Below, in pieces: positions 1-13,788 of a DNA stretch of 64,000 bases. The DNA is taken from positions 103,602,001-103,666,000 of the forward strand of contig OX597819.1 in assembly GCA_951406725.2 (NCBI GenBank), read 5' to 3'. Each line of letters opens with the position of its first letter. Within the stretch, counting starts at the first letter, position 1. The position numbers and the translations under genes were made by a program. The notes under the pieces are model-generated. The model worked only from the letters and a program-made list of their open reading frames with translations, made no database searches and had not been told where the DNA came from. The stretch comes from Octopus vulgaris (taxonomy: Eukaryota).

Positions 1-245
1 GTGTGCGTGCATGTATGTGTGTGTATAGTTACAAAAATATATCGTTGCAAATATATATCTTTCATCCTTGGATGTATAGATAGTTTAGTGTTTTTATGAA
101 ATTCACTTCACAGACACGCGGTATCTGGTTCGATTTCTCTGCATTGCATATCAGATGAATTTTACAGTAAATATAGGCTCGAGAACATAATGTTACAGAA
201 ACTTGATAGAAATTGTACGGAAGCTTGTTGTATGTATGCCTATAT

Positions 246-912
246 GTTAGTTAGTTAGTTAGTTAATTTGGCTCAAAAGCAAATAGCAAGGCCATGTAGG
301 GGGACATGGAGTTAAGTACAGGGTGGTGTTCATGTAAAGAGTTCAGGCCACTTGAGGTCAAGGGAGGCTTTGAACAAAGCGGTCGTCGGCATCTTCACCA
401 TCTCGTCTGGCAGCTTGTTCCACGGATCTGCAACCCGGACGGAGAAAGCTCCTCTCCTTCGATTGAGATGAAATCGTCGCAGGTAGAGCTTTTCGGAATG
501 ACCCCGCAGCCCGCACTCTGGAGCAGGAGTGAAGAACAGCTCTTTCGAGAGGTTACACTTTCCGCTTATGATGTTGTGGGCGAGAATGAGATCACCACGG
601 CGGCGGCGTTTTTCAAGAGAATAAAGGTCGAGCGTCCTCAGCCTTTCTTCATAGGACAAATTTTTGAGACCATGAACCATGCCGGTAGCCAGCTTCTGGA
701 CTCTTTCGAGATGCTGTATGTCTTTGAGGAGATAAGGAGAAGAGGCTTGAATCCCGTACTCCAATATGGGTCTCACCAGCGTGACATAGAGTGGTAGGAA
801 TATGGCTGCTGTGAGCATTCCAAATGACCGTCGAATCAAGAACAGAATTCCGCGTGCTTTGTTGGCAGCATGGATGCACTGGGCCGAAGGCGAAAAGGAG
901 GAATCCACCAAT
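246..912 (-). mobile_element. 5'-truncated CR1/L2-clade LINE: RT C-terminal region, 3' UTR and (TAAC)n tail
   Basis: ORF 330-998(-) contains LYVTLVRPILEYG..ASSPYL.KDIQHLERVQKLAT..LSYEERL..L..LEKRRRRGDLI..RGH..FSVRVADPWNKLP, typical of the CR1-group ORF2 C-terminus. (GTTA)n at 246-265 is the tail. Confidence 0.9.
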
Positions 913-960
913 ACATACATATATTTGTGTGTGTGTGTATGTGTATGTATGCAAGTATGT

Positions 961-1172
961 ATGTACGTCGGCATTCGCCATGATATATCCCTAGCCACTA
1001 CACATTCTTTATTTTCTCTCCTTGTTTTCTGTGTCCCTTTCTGTAGAAGAGCGTAGGCTCGAAAAGTTAAAGACTTTTTTCATTTCCCGAGCGTTAATCT
1101 AATACACCTGTTTGTTGTCTACACCACCTGTCTTCGTCTTTTGTTTGTTTGTCTTTTGTGAATTATCCCCTA
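961..1172 (+). mobile_element. Penelope-like terminal-repeat fragment with a variant minimal hammerhead motif (1037-1072)
   Basis: CTTT-CTGTAGA-A-GAGC gtag GCTC-GAAA-agtt-AAAG. A related copy lies on the minus strand at about 32450-32570. Confidence 0.5.
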
Positions 1173-1253
1173 TATACGTATATACATATATATGTATGTA
1201 TGTATACATATATACATGGATATATATATGCATACATACACACACACACACAC

Positions 1254-1302
<49 letters not shown>

Positions 1303-1583
1303 AGAGTATAAAAATTTGTGATATTGCATATAGCTACAATATCATGAGTCCTTATGATGAGGTAGATAAGCTATAGCAAAAGTCATGGTTCATCGGACAC
1401 AACCGTTAAGATAAGACTATTATAACATTCATATAAATATGCGCATTAAACCTACTGGAGTTTATCTGCCTTATGTTTCCATACTTGCTCGACGAAGATC
1501 GTTCTAATAACCAGTTCTCACTACAGTAGATTCACCTGCCCGGGATCAAAGACTTGGAATTTACATTCTCATATATCTGAGCG

Positions 1584-2670
<1,087 letters not shown>

Positions 2671-3297
2671 AGTGTGTTTGTATAATCATGTGCGTGTATG
2701 TATATAGCATATATTCATGTTTTTATGGCGAAAAGTCGTTCTAGTATATGTCAACCAATGAATACATATTTATATGAAATGTGTATTGAAATACATATCC
2801 TTGTAAGCACGTCTATATCTGTTCACTTATATTTATACGATAGGCTTTGTTTATATTACACCTTGCTACATAAATTTGAATATTAATGCAGATGTACATA
2901 GATATATATGTCATCTCGTGTATCCATGCGTATGGAAGTACTGCTTGTACATAATCCAAAAGATGTGGCGTCCAGATCTCAATTTGTTTTTTATGGCTTT
3001 GCATGTCTGCATATTTGAATTCGTATGGGTGTTTTTCTTATAGTGTGTGTGTATGTGTGTATTTATATATATATGTGTGTGTGTGTGTGTGTGCTTATGT
3101 GTGTGCGGTATGTGTATCTGTGTGTTTGACCATTTGTCGATGTATTTGCTAGCCTATATGCGCATGCATGCATTAATAGGCAGGAAGGGATGATGTAATG
3201 CCTGGAGTGAATGGCAGTCGGACTATATAAAGATGAGCAGAGATGCAACAAATATGAAGCTGAAATAACAACTACAACAAAAGCAACAGCGACAGAA

Positions 3298-3308
3298 GAT
3301 GGTGATGG

Positions 3309-3350
<42 letters not shown>

Positions 3351-3432
3351 CGACGACAACTACGACGACGAAGATGATGATGATGATGACGATAACGGCG
3401 ACGACGACGAAAATAATGATGACGATGATGAT
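3298..3432. repeat. (GAT)n/(GAC)n trinucleotide microsatellite
   Basis: Visible simple repeat. Confidence 0.9.
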
Positions 3433-4503
3433 AAACAAAGATCAACAAAAATGACAAACTTCAAGCTAAATTTAGCCTCCCGAGAATCAGCAGTCTTGAA
3501 GAGTAAACATCAGATTGAAGAGTGATAACCGAAACGCGAAGAAGAAAAAGTGAAACAAAACACCAGAAAGCCACGTCAAAGACAGCACCTTAATGAATTA
3601 TGAACGAGAGTTCAGCTGTTGAACAACATGGCCAAACAAGAAAATATGAAATTTTCCATGTCATATTGTCAAAGAGCACACTGAAGATTTGACATATTCC
3701 CGTGTCTCTGGCGTCATCAGACGCTTGGGATTATAAGCCGTGAAATGGAGAAATTCAGCCGATAACATCCTCTTATCTTTCTCTCTTCCTTTCTTCGATT
3801 CTTTCTCTTTCTCTCCCCGCCTCTCTCGGTCTTTCTGCTTCTTTTTATTTATTTATGTATTTGTTTGTTGTTGATGTTGATTTCACTGAATGCCCCAATG
3901 GAATGGTTTTGATGGATTAATATTTTCCATGTTCCCTCTTGTTTTCGCTTTCTTTCTTTCTTTGATTGTATATATGTATTTGTGTGTGTATGTGTGTGTC
4001 TGTGTCTGTATGCGTGGCTTCTTTCCAATCTTTAAATTCCCTCCCTTTCTTTCTTTCGATTGCTAAGATTTTTCAGTCCTTTTTCTTTTCTCTATATCTT
4101 ATTTTGTCCTTTTGTCTATTTTGGTTTTATTTATTTATTAAGTTAGTTTTGTCCTGATTTTAATAGTCATTTTTTTTCTTTCGAAATACACCTCATCGCT
4201 ATAATCAACACTAACGTTTATTAACCGTCATTAGTATGACCATCAGTGCCACCATCACCGCCAACACTGCCGTCTTCATCAACAACTTTCCACTAACGCT
4301 ATGAACGAAATAAACTTCACCTCATCAAATCAACGAGATATTACCAATGTACTCGGTCGATCTTTTATACATTACAGCCGAACATCACTTAAATCACAAA
4401 CATCTCTCGTTTGAAAATATAAATGACAACAATGGATAAAGTAAATAATATATGTTAACAATAGAATACACCTGATACAATCTGCTGGGAGATAATAATA
4501 ATG

Positions 4504-4567
<64 letters not shown>

Positions 4568-4586
4568 TAATAATAATAATAATAAT

Positions 4587-5000
4587 AGTTGTTTGACCTT
4601 AACCAGTTGAGCATGTCCCTTATTGGCTGACGATATGTGCATCTCTGATCACGAGCAGAAGTAGTGGGGGAGCATCATAGCCATGTGTTGAGAGGGATTA
4701 TTTGGGGTTTGAATAATTCACCTCTGGAAACATGGGTGGTTCTTTCAACATCCTTAAACAACCCTTATTCAGGGACCATATGAGCGGGATGGGCTACTCA
4801 ACCTGAAGAAAATTCTAACTGGGCCCCACCTGCAAGGTCATATGCTGTTTATCTTGATATGAGATCACCATGTCGCGCACATATGGTTGTGATGCATGTG
4901 CCTGGTGTTCCCTTATCAGACGGGTAGTCATGATGGGTATACTGGGCTTCGTATATTTCACCCCAGTGTCACTTTGATGGCATGAACTGCTCTCTCACTC
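4587..5000 (+). mobile_element. Retroelement 3' fragment embedded in (AAT)n, possibly a Dong/R4-like LINE 3' UTR
   Basis: A closely similar, longer copy lies at 35497-36046. Both end at ...CTCTCACTC followed by AATAA and are flanked by AAT-type repeats. Confidence 0.65.
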
Positions 5001-5060
<60 letters not shown>

Positions 5061-5062
<2 letters not shown>

Positions 5063-5245
5063 AGTTATTGTATACAGTGCTCAGGTGCACCACAACTTGT
5101 CAGAAAGTGTGTATAAAGTATATGCAGTAATTTACAAATGTCTGGAAAGCGAACAATGTATGAGTCAGATACATGCTTGTATGTATGGAGGGGAGGAAAT
5201 CAGGTGTTGTGTTGGCGAATCTCAGAAAGCATGGAAGTTTTGAAG
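5061..5245 (-). mobile_element. Probable LINE 3' end with (ATT)n tail
   Basis: Non-simple sequence abutting the (AAT)n tract. The minus strand reads FKTSMLSEIRQH..stop followed by UTR-like sequence. Weak support. Confidence 0.35.
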
Positions 5246-7991
5246 TCTACTCGATCAGGGCTGACATTGATCTAAAAGGTCACACCAAAATATCATCGGA
5301 CATGACAACTGTAAGGAAAGCTAGCAAGAAATAAGACATAAACAGTGCCACAAGAACAACGCTTGAACGAGAGAACTGATTCTTCCTCAAATTATATTCT
5401 ACGGATTTGACGAAAGAGAAATGCATTGCAGCTTCTAGTTACTGGCTTAAAATATAAACAGAATGGTCACAACTCGAACACCTTTGACCATAAGTTTGCT
5501 CTCACTACGATCACAACTGATATGCCACTAAAGAACAACAACAATCACAACATTGATAGCGCCAGTTTAACTTACGTGAGGTGCCTTGACTCGTGATGGA
5601 ATTGTAGGAAAGCCGTCGTGTCATATGGCATTTATTAAACATTTTCAACCTTTCGGAGCTCACCCTATACACATCAGAAAAACAAGCAACTTTTGTACCC
5701 GAAACACTGAATGCGAGATAGAAGGAAGGAAAGATCGATCCAGTTCAGGACTAGTACATTGTTTATTGACCTTAAAATGCGTAAACGCAAGTTTGACTTC
5801 AGCGGCGTTTGAACTCATAATATAAGGAGCTGGGACGAAACGCTCAAGGCACTTTGTCTGACACTCTAAAGACCTTACCAACTTAACACCCTAACTTTCA
5901 GCATCAGCGAACAGTAATCTGAGCCAGAAATAGAGATCCTATGAGGCTGCTCAACCTTCTAGAAACAGCAGCCAATTTTCCCTTAATTCATATTTTATCT
6001 TAAATTTTTTAAAAAACATATCATATAATGTAGAGCTAGATTTCACTCAACAGATGTGCTGGTCGTGAATGGAATACTCTCCATTATAGATCTGCTCGGT
6101 CGTAGTTGACATTGGCTAAACAACAGCAACTATAAGTAAAACAATTACCCCAGCAACGTTATCGACAACAGCTAAACACTTGCACCCCAGATCACTTGGT
6201 CAAAGCAATAAATAACCCTGCATGTAAATTTTTATGTGGTTGCTATTCCTGCTAGAAACTACAAATAAATCTTCCTCAAACCCCTCTTGTTTTTCTTAAG
6301 CGAATGATGTAGTCTGGTTCGCTAAACTTAAAAGCAAGGCAAGCTCATAACGACATGAATACTTTTGGTCATATATAAATTCGATTAAGGTGCACATGTG
6401 CTTTAGCTAACTGTTTAAAATGTAACGAATAACAAGTCTCCCACAAAACAAATGAAATTCTTACCCGTGTTTAATGAGACTAAATAGAGACTTTAACCAA
6501 AAAATCTATATTTGTAATGGTTTACGAAAAATCATTTTAATTTAATTAAATCTGGCGTTTTCCCGCCCTATTTTCATTCCTCGGTGTTACTTTGAGCGAT
6601 ATTGAGCTTGCCAGGGGAAATACTGGTCTCAATATTAACACATATGTTATGATAGAATAAACAATAATATTGGAAGCTTAGGTACACTAAGGTATGTAAC
6701 ACCATCGCCATCAACATTATAAGAACTCAAACTATAACTTCTACAAACAGCATCAGTTGACATCAATGCTGTTAGCAAAAAGAGTATAGAGCTTCACTAG
6801 TAACAACAATAACTCACTATTACATAAACAAGTAGTACAAGCATCACTATTACTACTACCACTTTGGAAACAACATATACTACTACTGCTATTACGACTA
6901 GTACTACCACTACCACTAGTACTACTATTACCATTGATGCTATTACTTCTACCACCACTACTACTGCCGCTACTTCTGCTGTTGCTCTTACTGCTAGATC
7001 TAACACTGGTGGTGGTCCTCCTGCTCCTGTTACTGCTACAGACTTATACAGCAAATAACAACATCTTTATCACTAACATCATTACAATCACCAACACTAT
7101 CACTCCGCTACAGCACTATCAACATTGTTCTGACCACAATAATCATCACTTACAAACATGAACATGACCATAATCTCCACCAACATCAAACCTGTCGCCA
7201 CCACAGCACCTCCACAACACCAGCAACACAACACTATCACCATCAACGTAACCAACATTACCGCTATTGCCACAAACATGATTACAGTCTCCAAGATCAC
7301 CACTGTCGTCATAACTCTTATTACCACCATGACCACCACATGTACAACTACAAAAGGAAACACCTACGCCAGAATAATCCGTACAAGTAACACAACTCAC
7401 AACTCCAGCCACTGTTATAAAAAGCATACAACTAATTATACCAACTCTACCAACATCGAAATTAGCTTGTCTCCCTCTATTACGCTCAGCAACATACATT
7501 GGTACGCATAACACCACCACCTACACTGCCATCATCAACAACAACAACACCACCACCTACACTGCCATCATCAACAACAACAACACCACCACCTACACGG
7601 CCGCCGCCGCCGCCGACGACGACGACAACAACAACAACAACAACAACAACGACGACGACGACGACGACGACAATATTTCGAGTAAAACATGCACAATTCC
7701 TCAGAGATTTCGCAACTGTCATGTTTCTTTCCACTGATTCATGTGATGAGATGAGTGTGTGGGTATGTGTTCGCGTGTGTGCGTGTGTCTGTGCGTATGT
7801 GTGCATGTGTGTGTGAGGGAGAGATGCGTGATGTTAAAAGGAATGATAAGAGTGGGAATGTGAAAAAAGAAAATAGGTGAAAGAGAAAACGTGAATGAAG
7901 TGATGCTTAAAGTGAAGTATAAGTTAGAAGGAATAACACTCCGTGGGAGACAATTAATATACATGTGTGTGTGTGAGTGTGTGTGTGTGTA

Positions 7992-8027
<36 letters not shown>

Positions 8028-8311
8028 CAAACATATCTATATACACATGTATATACATACATATGTATATATATATACACATATATGGATACATATATAT
8101 ATATACATACACATATATGGATACATATATATATATACATACACATATATGGATACATATATATACATACATACACATATACGGATACATATATATATAT
8201 ACATACATACACATATATGGATACATATATATATATACATACATACACATATATGGATACATATATATATATACATACATACACATATATGGATACACAT
8301 ATATATATATA

Positions 8312-9147
8312 CTAGCAGAATTGCCCGGCGTTGCTCGGGGCTGAATTACTTGAAAGTACTGTTAATGATTGCACTGAATGATGATGATTATTCAGGCAAA
8401 TATTGATATAAGTTTACGCTGGGAGATAAGGACTTAACGATCAAACGTGTGCCATTGCATTGTTTTGGGGGAACCAAATTTCTGATGAGCATTATAGGGG
8501 CACCAACTTTAAGTTTGAGAATGTGTGGTGGTAGTCCGGGGTGCTCAAAGGAATTGAGTACCTCTATTGGATAGTTGATGACGTCCTCTGGGTCAGGAGT
8601 TGTATCGATAGACTGATATACATAGACTTCCCCAGGAATGAGTTTTAGCATTTCATCATTAATATGGTGAACAGTTTTATTCCTCGGGGCCAGTATAGCC
8701 TTTTTGCCAATCCAATCCATATTCTGATAATTAGCTTGTAGATCTTGGAACACTGCATCAGAAGGCGTCTTAACAATGGTACAAATGGAATCGATGGTAA
8801 TATTACCATTTTCATCCCCTGGTATTTTGCCTTCGCCAAGTGCAATGAGGGTGTGAGGAAATGCTGCTGATGTGATATTACGTCGCATATGAGCACGCAT
8901 ATTGGTGTGAAGTTTGAGAGTTACTTCCCTTAATTTTAAAAAATGCATTAAAATGGGAAAAAATGATGGTAAATTATTTGTAAAATCGTAGACTCATCGT
9001 AGACGCGCACTAATACCCAGAAGGGCTCGATATGAATCACGACTATAAGATACTCGGTTTTGGTTAAACTGCATCGCAAAATGTGGGAGTAGTTAGGAAT
9101 CTAAATCGGAGTAGACAGACACACAACCTTTCTTTTATATATAAAGA
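8312..9147 (-). mobile_element. Non-autonomous Helitron carrying a PIF1-helicase fragment
   Basis: On the minus strand: 5' A|TCTTTATATATAAAAG, 3' hairpin CCCGAGCAACGCCGGG then CTAG|T. The ends are shared with the copy at 21209-21601. Confidence 0.92.
8388..8925 (-). pseudogene. Helitron RepHel PIF1 helicase internal fragment
   Basis: LHTNMRA..AILAPRN..VHHIN..YPIEVLNS..PGLPPHILKLKVGAPIMLIRNL..CNGTRLIV are PIF1-family motifs. No Rep domain and no Walker motifs are present. Confidence 0.9.
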
Positions 9148-9968
9148 TTTTCGTCCTAAAAAACTTTGTATAGAGTGAATGGTTACCTCTATGGAAATAT
9201 ATACACACACATTATACATACATGTGTGTATAGATGAATATATAAATACATTTAAATATCTATATACACTTTTGGACGATCTTTCTGCTTCTTAGAGATA
9301 ACTTTAGATGTTATTTTCGTCCTAAAAAACTTTGTGCGGAGTGAATGGTTGCCTCTATGGAAATATATACACACACGTTATACATACATGTGTGCATAGA
9401 GGAATATATAAATACATTTAAATATCTATATACACTTTTGGGCGATCTTTCTGTTTCTTAGAGATAACTTTAGATCTTATATTCGTCCTAAATAACTTTG
9501 TATGGAGTGAATGGTTACCTCTATGGAAATATATACACACACATTATACATACATGTGTGTATAGATGAATATATAAATACATTTAAATATCTATATACA
9601 CTTTTGGGCGTTCTTTCTGTTTCTTAGAGATAACTTTAGATCATATATTCGTCCTAAATAACTTTGTATGGAGTGAATGGTTACCTCTATGGAAATATAT
9701 ACACACACATTATACATACATGTGTGTGTCTATATACACTTTTGGGCGACTGCTACTTAGAGATAACTTTAGATGTTATTTTCGTCCTAAAAAACTTTGT
9801 GCGGAGTGAATGGTTACCTCTATGGAAATATATACACACACGTTATACATACATGTGTGTATAGATGAATATATAAATACATTTAAATATCTATATACAC
9901 ATTTGGGCGATCTTTCTGCTTCTTAGAGATAACTTTAGATGTTATATTCGTCCTAAATAACTTTGTAT
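9148..9968. repeat. Tandem array of about 5 units of ~166 bp (one unit shortened to ~134 bp)
   Basis: TTCGTCCTAAA recurs at about 9150, 9317, 9483, 9648, 9782 and 9948, with near-identical sequence between. Confidence 0.92.
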
Positions 9969-10154
9969 GAATTGAAAAAGTAAATGAATTGAAATTCTAA
10001 AAGAAAGGAATTTGTTTATATACATGTGTAAAATGGCAAATGTTTGTGCAGTTGTCCGATCGAACTGATGTATTATAATGAATAGTCCTTCTTCTTGTGA
10101 ATATTAATTTGATTAATATGAACTGAAAACCAGTGGTGTAGCATAGGTGATCTT

Positions 10155-10216
10155 CTAGCAAAAAGGATGACCAGTCTGAATGGGTCGTCCCTGTCACACA
10201 CACACACACACACACC

Positions 10217-10259
<43 letters not shown>

Positions 10260-10847
10260 GCACACACACACACACACGTTAGCTTACAATGTCTGTCAAC
10301 AATTGACACTGTCGTATATATTAGCGTGTCTATGTGTCTAAAGAGGAAGTGGGAGTAATAGGCAGAGTAAAGGCTTCAAAGTGAAATGTTAAAATATTGA
10401 GTTTTCTCGAATTTTGTCTTAATTGGGGGTGAAATTGAAAGAAATTTTGTATGGCATGAACCAATGGAATTTCTTGGAAAAATCATAGGTAAAGTCTAAT
10501 TGAAGAAATTGTGTGAGGAGTAAATCATTATGTATTTATATGTTTCTGTTTGCTGCTTTCTTTTTAAATATTACATCTAGTTTCACTTTATTCGTTGCAC
10601 ACTGTGTGTGTGCGTTTGCGTGTGCTGTAAACCAGACTAAGAAAAGCATTTGACATACACACCAGAATGTGAGTTTTCTGTAAATTTTGCTTAATTGGAG
10701 TTTAAATTTTAAAAACTGGACCTGGCATGACCCGATGCATTCTACTCTTAAAAATGCTAGGTAAATTGTAATTGAAGAAATCCTATATTGTAGATTTCTA
10801 TAAGTTACAAAGGGAGGCAGATAAAATCTGCCTTTTATAATAAGAGA
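10155..10847 (-). mobile_element. Non-autonomous Helitron-like element
   Basis: On the minus strand: 5' A|TCTCTTATTATAAAAGG, 3' imperfect hairpin GGACGACC..GGTCATCC then CTAG at 10155-10158. Confidence 0.6.
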
Positions 10848-10940
10848 TATATATATAATTCCAAGAGAGTTAGAAGTTGTGAATCCAACCGACTAAGGGA
10901 TAATATCTACCCAATATACTGCTAGTAGAATACCCGTTTA

Positions 10941-11309
10941 GGATCTTTTCTTTTTGAAAGCCAGATTTTCCTAGTTAACTAAACAATTTGAAACTTCGTA
11001 TACTGGTAGAATGTGTCAAAAGAAAACATAATTGTAAACCAAAATGAAAACGGAATTGTAATTTCTAAGTTTAACGTTGTTTAAAAATTCGAATTTTAAC
11101 CAATGATATTCTTTCTTTCGGCCTCATATTATTTACTGCTTCTCAAAATATTGTTACTGTGACGTAAACAGCTATTTTGTGACGTAGTTAACGTAAACAT
11201 GTAAATAGCTAACTAAAATGTAAACATCTCCGCTTATCATAAACTTCGTGGAGTATATATAAAATTTGTGTAGATCCTAAATAGCTACACACACATGTAT
11301 ACAAACATA

Positions 11310-11354
<45 letters not shown>

Positions 11355-12029
11355 CTATACACACATATTCTAATGCATATGCATATATGTGAATATATTT
11401 ATAATGTGTGTGTATTATAAATGCATACATTATATATATATAAAAGATGTTTACATACAATATATATATGTTATATACATCTACATGTATATGTATGTAT
11501 GAATATATAAGTACCACAGAATTTGAATCAAACTGTTTTGATCCATACATACACCCACACACACACACCAACACTACCATCCATGAGACATCCTAACATA
11601 ATCAATGCTACTACTACTATCATCATCATTATCATCATCATCCACTGCCGCCACCACCACCACCACCACCTCTACAAAAACACCAACACTATAATTGCTG
11701 CCATCATACACATCCACTGTCACCACTACCACCACTGCCATGATAACCACATCTACCACAGCTGTTTGCTTACTGCTTACCCACTCACAAAATAGCTATC
11801 TACGTCACATTAACACTATGCAGCTAATAATTTCAAATGAAAACAGACAATATGAATGGTTAAAATTCGCAGATTTAAACTACGTTTAAACTTATAAAAT
11901 ATATTTTTGTCAAAAAAACTAGTTGAAATTATTGTTTTCTTTTGACACATTCTACCAGTATACGAAGTTTCAAATTATTTAGTGAACTAGAAAAATCTGA
12001 AAAATCTGGCTTTCAAAAAGAAAAGATCC
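10941..12029. mobile_element. Non-autonomous long-TIR (foldback) DNA transposon with GGATCTTTTC termini
   Basis: GGATCTTTTCTTTTTGAAAGCCAGATTTT at 10941 and its reverse complement ending at 12029. Imperfect inverted homology extends about 240 bp. Confidence 0.85.
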
Positions 12030-12140
12030 GGGTTTGGGTTTTAAGGTTAGGGTTTTAGAGCTAGGTTTTATGGTTAGGGTTTTAGAGTTAGGGTTAGGTT
12101 TGGGGTTTTAGGGTTAGGGTTGGGATTTAGGATTAGAGTT
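12030..12140 (+). repeat. Degenerate (TTAGGG)n-like tract
   Basis: GGTTAGGG, GGTTTTAG and GGTTTGGG variants directly after a TIR tip. Confidence 0.7.
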
Positions 12141-12623
12141 ACGGAAACAAGCGAGAAATGAAGAAATTGGAGGTGGAGGGGTAGGGGCAAACATTTTTTT
12201 TCCGAAAATAGTTGCTGAAATCAGGAAATTGCCGAAGAAGGACTTTCACTTTTTCATGAGCGGCTATCGAAAACGCTGGGGTTTTAATTTGACAAAAGAA
12301 AATACAAAAATGGTGGGCTTTTATGCACATATGTACTAATGGATATCATATATATGTACAAAATGAAACTTGAGATTTCGAAAGAAATTGTGATGTGTGC
12401 CACTATTTTCCTTTTCACATCAAATTCCAATATAATCTGAAAAGTATTTATAGCAAATTTCATTAAAAAATACCCAAGTTATGAGGAAACAAAGTCAACT
12501 CATGTGAATTTCCCGAAACCCCTCTTCCTAACCACAGAATCTTTTTAAATATCAAATTCCTATGTAAGCGAAATATACACAATCTAAAACATACCGTAAA
12601 TCCTCAAGTATAATCCGCATTAT

Positions 12624-13265
12624 TTAGCGTGTGGTATCTACGAATAGTAGTACCCTCAATATAATATAAATGAATATTTTCAAAGAGGAAGAATTTACGG
12701 ATTTTTTCTCTTACGAGGTTTTTCACGCTGACTACTGATAATTTCTTTTAAAGATTTTATCCTCAATTGTTAATTTATATTTTTCACCGGAATAGTTCAA
12801 TACTGAATTTTTATTCCGACTAGACAATTTGTTACCGAAATGCATTGCGAATAAGCCCGCCATTTTCATAGATATGTAAAGATAAACATTCGTACATGCT
12901 ACGACGAATTCTACGGTTGGCTATCGAGCTTGTAATGTTATGTTTTTTCTTATATTTCTTGAGTTTGTTGCATTGATGAACATGAAATGCATATTCTGCA
13001 TTAAATGCGAAATCACATGTGATATGTAACTGAATTCTTTTTTAAAATGATGTGTTTTGAAGTTTTGCATTCGGTAAAATTTTGTTTATTTTTAGTAGTT
13101 TTGACCGCATTGGTCCCTCTTAGCGTGTGGTATCTACGAATAGTAGTACTCTCAATATAATATAAATGAATATTTTCAAAGAGGAAGAATTTACGGATTT
13201 TTTCTCTTACGAGGTTTTTCACGCTGACTACTGATAATTTCTTTTAAAGATTTTATCCTCAATTG

Positions 13266-13270
<5 letters not shown>
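12624..13270. repeat. ~150-bp near-identical direct repeat (12624-12774 and 13120-13270)
   Basis: TTAGCGTGTGGTATCTACGAATAGTAGTA...GATTTTATCCTCAATTGTTAAT occurs twice, about 496 bp apart. Confidence 0.9.
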
Positions 13271-13323
<53 letters not shown>

Positions 13324-13325
<2 letters not shown>

Positions 13326-13553
13326 CGTAGGAGTGACTGTGTGACAAGAAGTTTGCTGCCTGGTCACTAGGTCAAATAGATTTGGAAGATGGAAACTGAA
13401 AAAAACCCGTCGTATATACGTGTTTGTGGGCCGGAGGGGGCTAGCTTCGTGCTTGTCCAAGACAACCGCTTGTTGACTTCCTTTCCATCCCCGCAACTTA
13501 GAAGTTCGACGAAATTAACCGATAGAATATGTCGAATGACTGAGACAAGTAAA
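13324..13553 (+). mobile_element. tRNA-derived SINE family A, internally deleted and diverged
   Basis: GGCGTAGGAGTGACTGTGTG head, GGAAACTGAAA..CCCGTCGTATATA core and AATGACTGAGACAAGTAAA tail match the other family-A copies. Confidence 0.75.
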
Positions 13554-13788
13554 TGTTTTTTTAGATATATCGTAGTAATATCTAATGTAGTTGTGGTTTA
13601 CGACCAGTCAGGACGTTACCATTGGTTTCACACTTTTTATACTCTTAGCAATATAGACGTCTCCCACTGCTAAGAACGTAAAAGGCGCGAAAGCAATGGT
13701 GACTCCCTGACAAGCCATACCAGCCACATAGTTTCGGGTTCATTCACACTGCGTGGCACCTTAGAACCTAGATTCAAAATTCTACCAG

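Noticed and set aside
306-797. Plus-strand 163-aa ORF
   Set aside because: Antisense shadow of the CR1-type LINE ORF.
3211-3525. Acidic poly-Asp ORF
   Set aside because: Driven by a (GAT)n microsatellite, with no recognisable domain or splice support.
6797-7816. Thr/Pro-rich mucin-like ORFs (similar ones at 37150-37990 and 59285-60540)
   Set aside because: Degenerate ACT/ACC/AAC trinucleotide tracts with frequent stops and frame changes.
9148-9968. Regularly spaced repeats as a CRISPR array
   Set aside because: Whole units are repeated with no unique spacers, there are no cas genes, and the context is eukaryotic.
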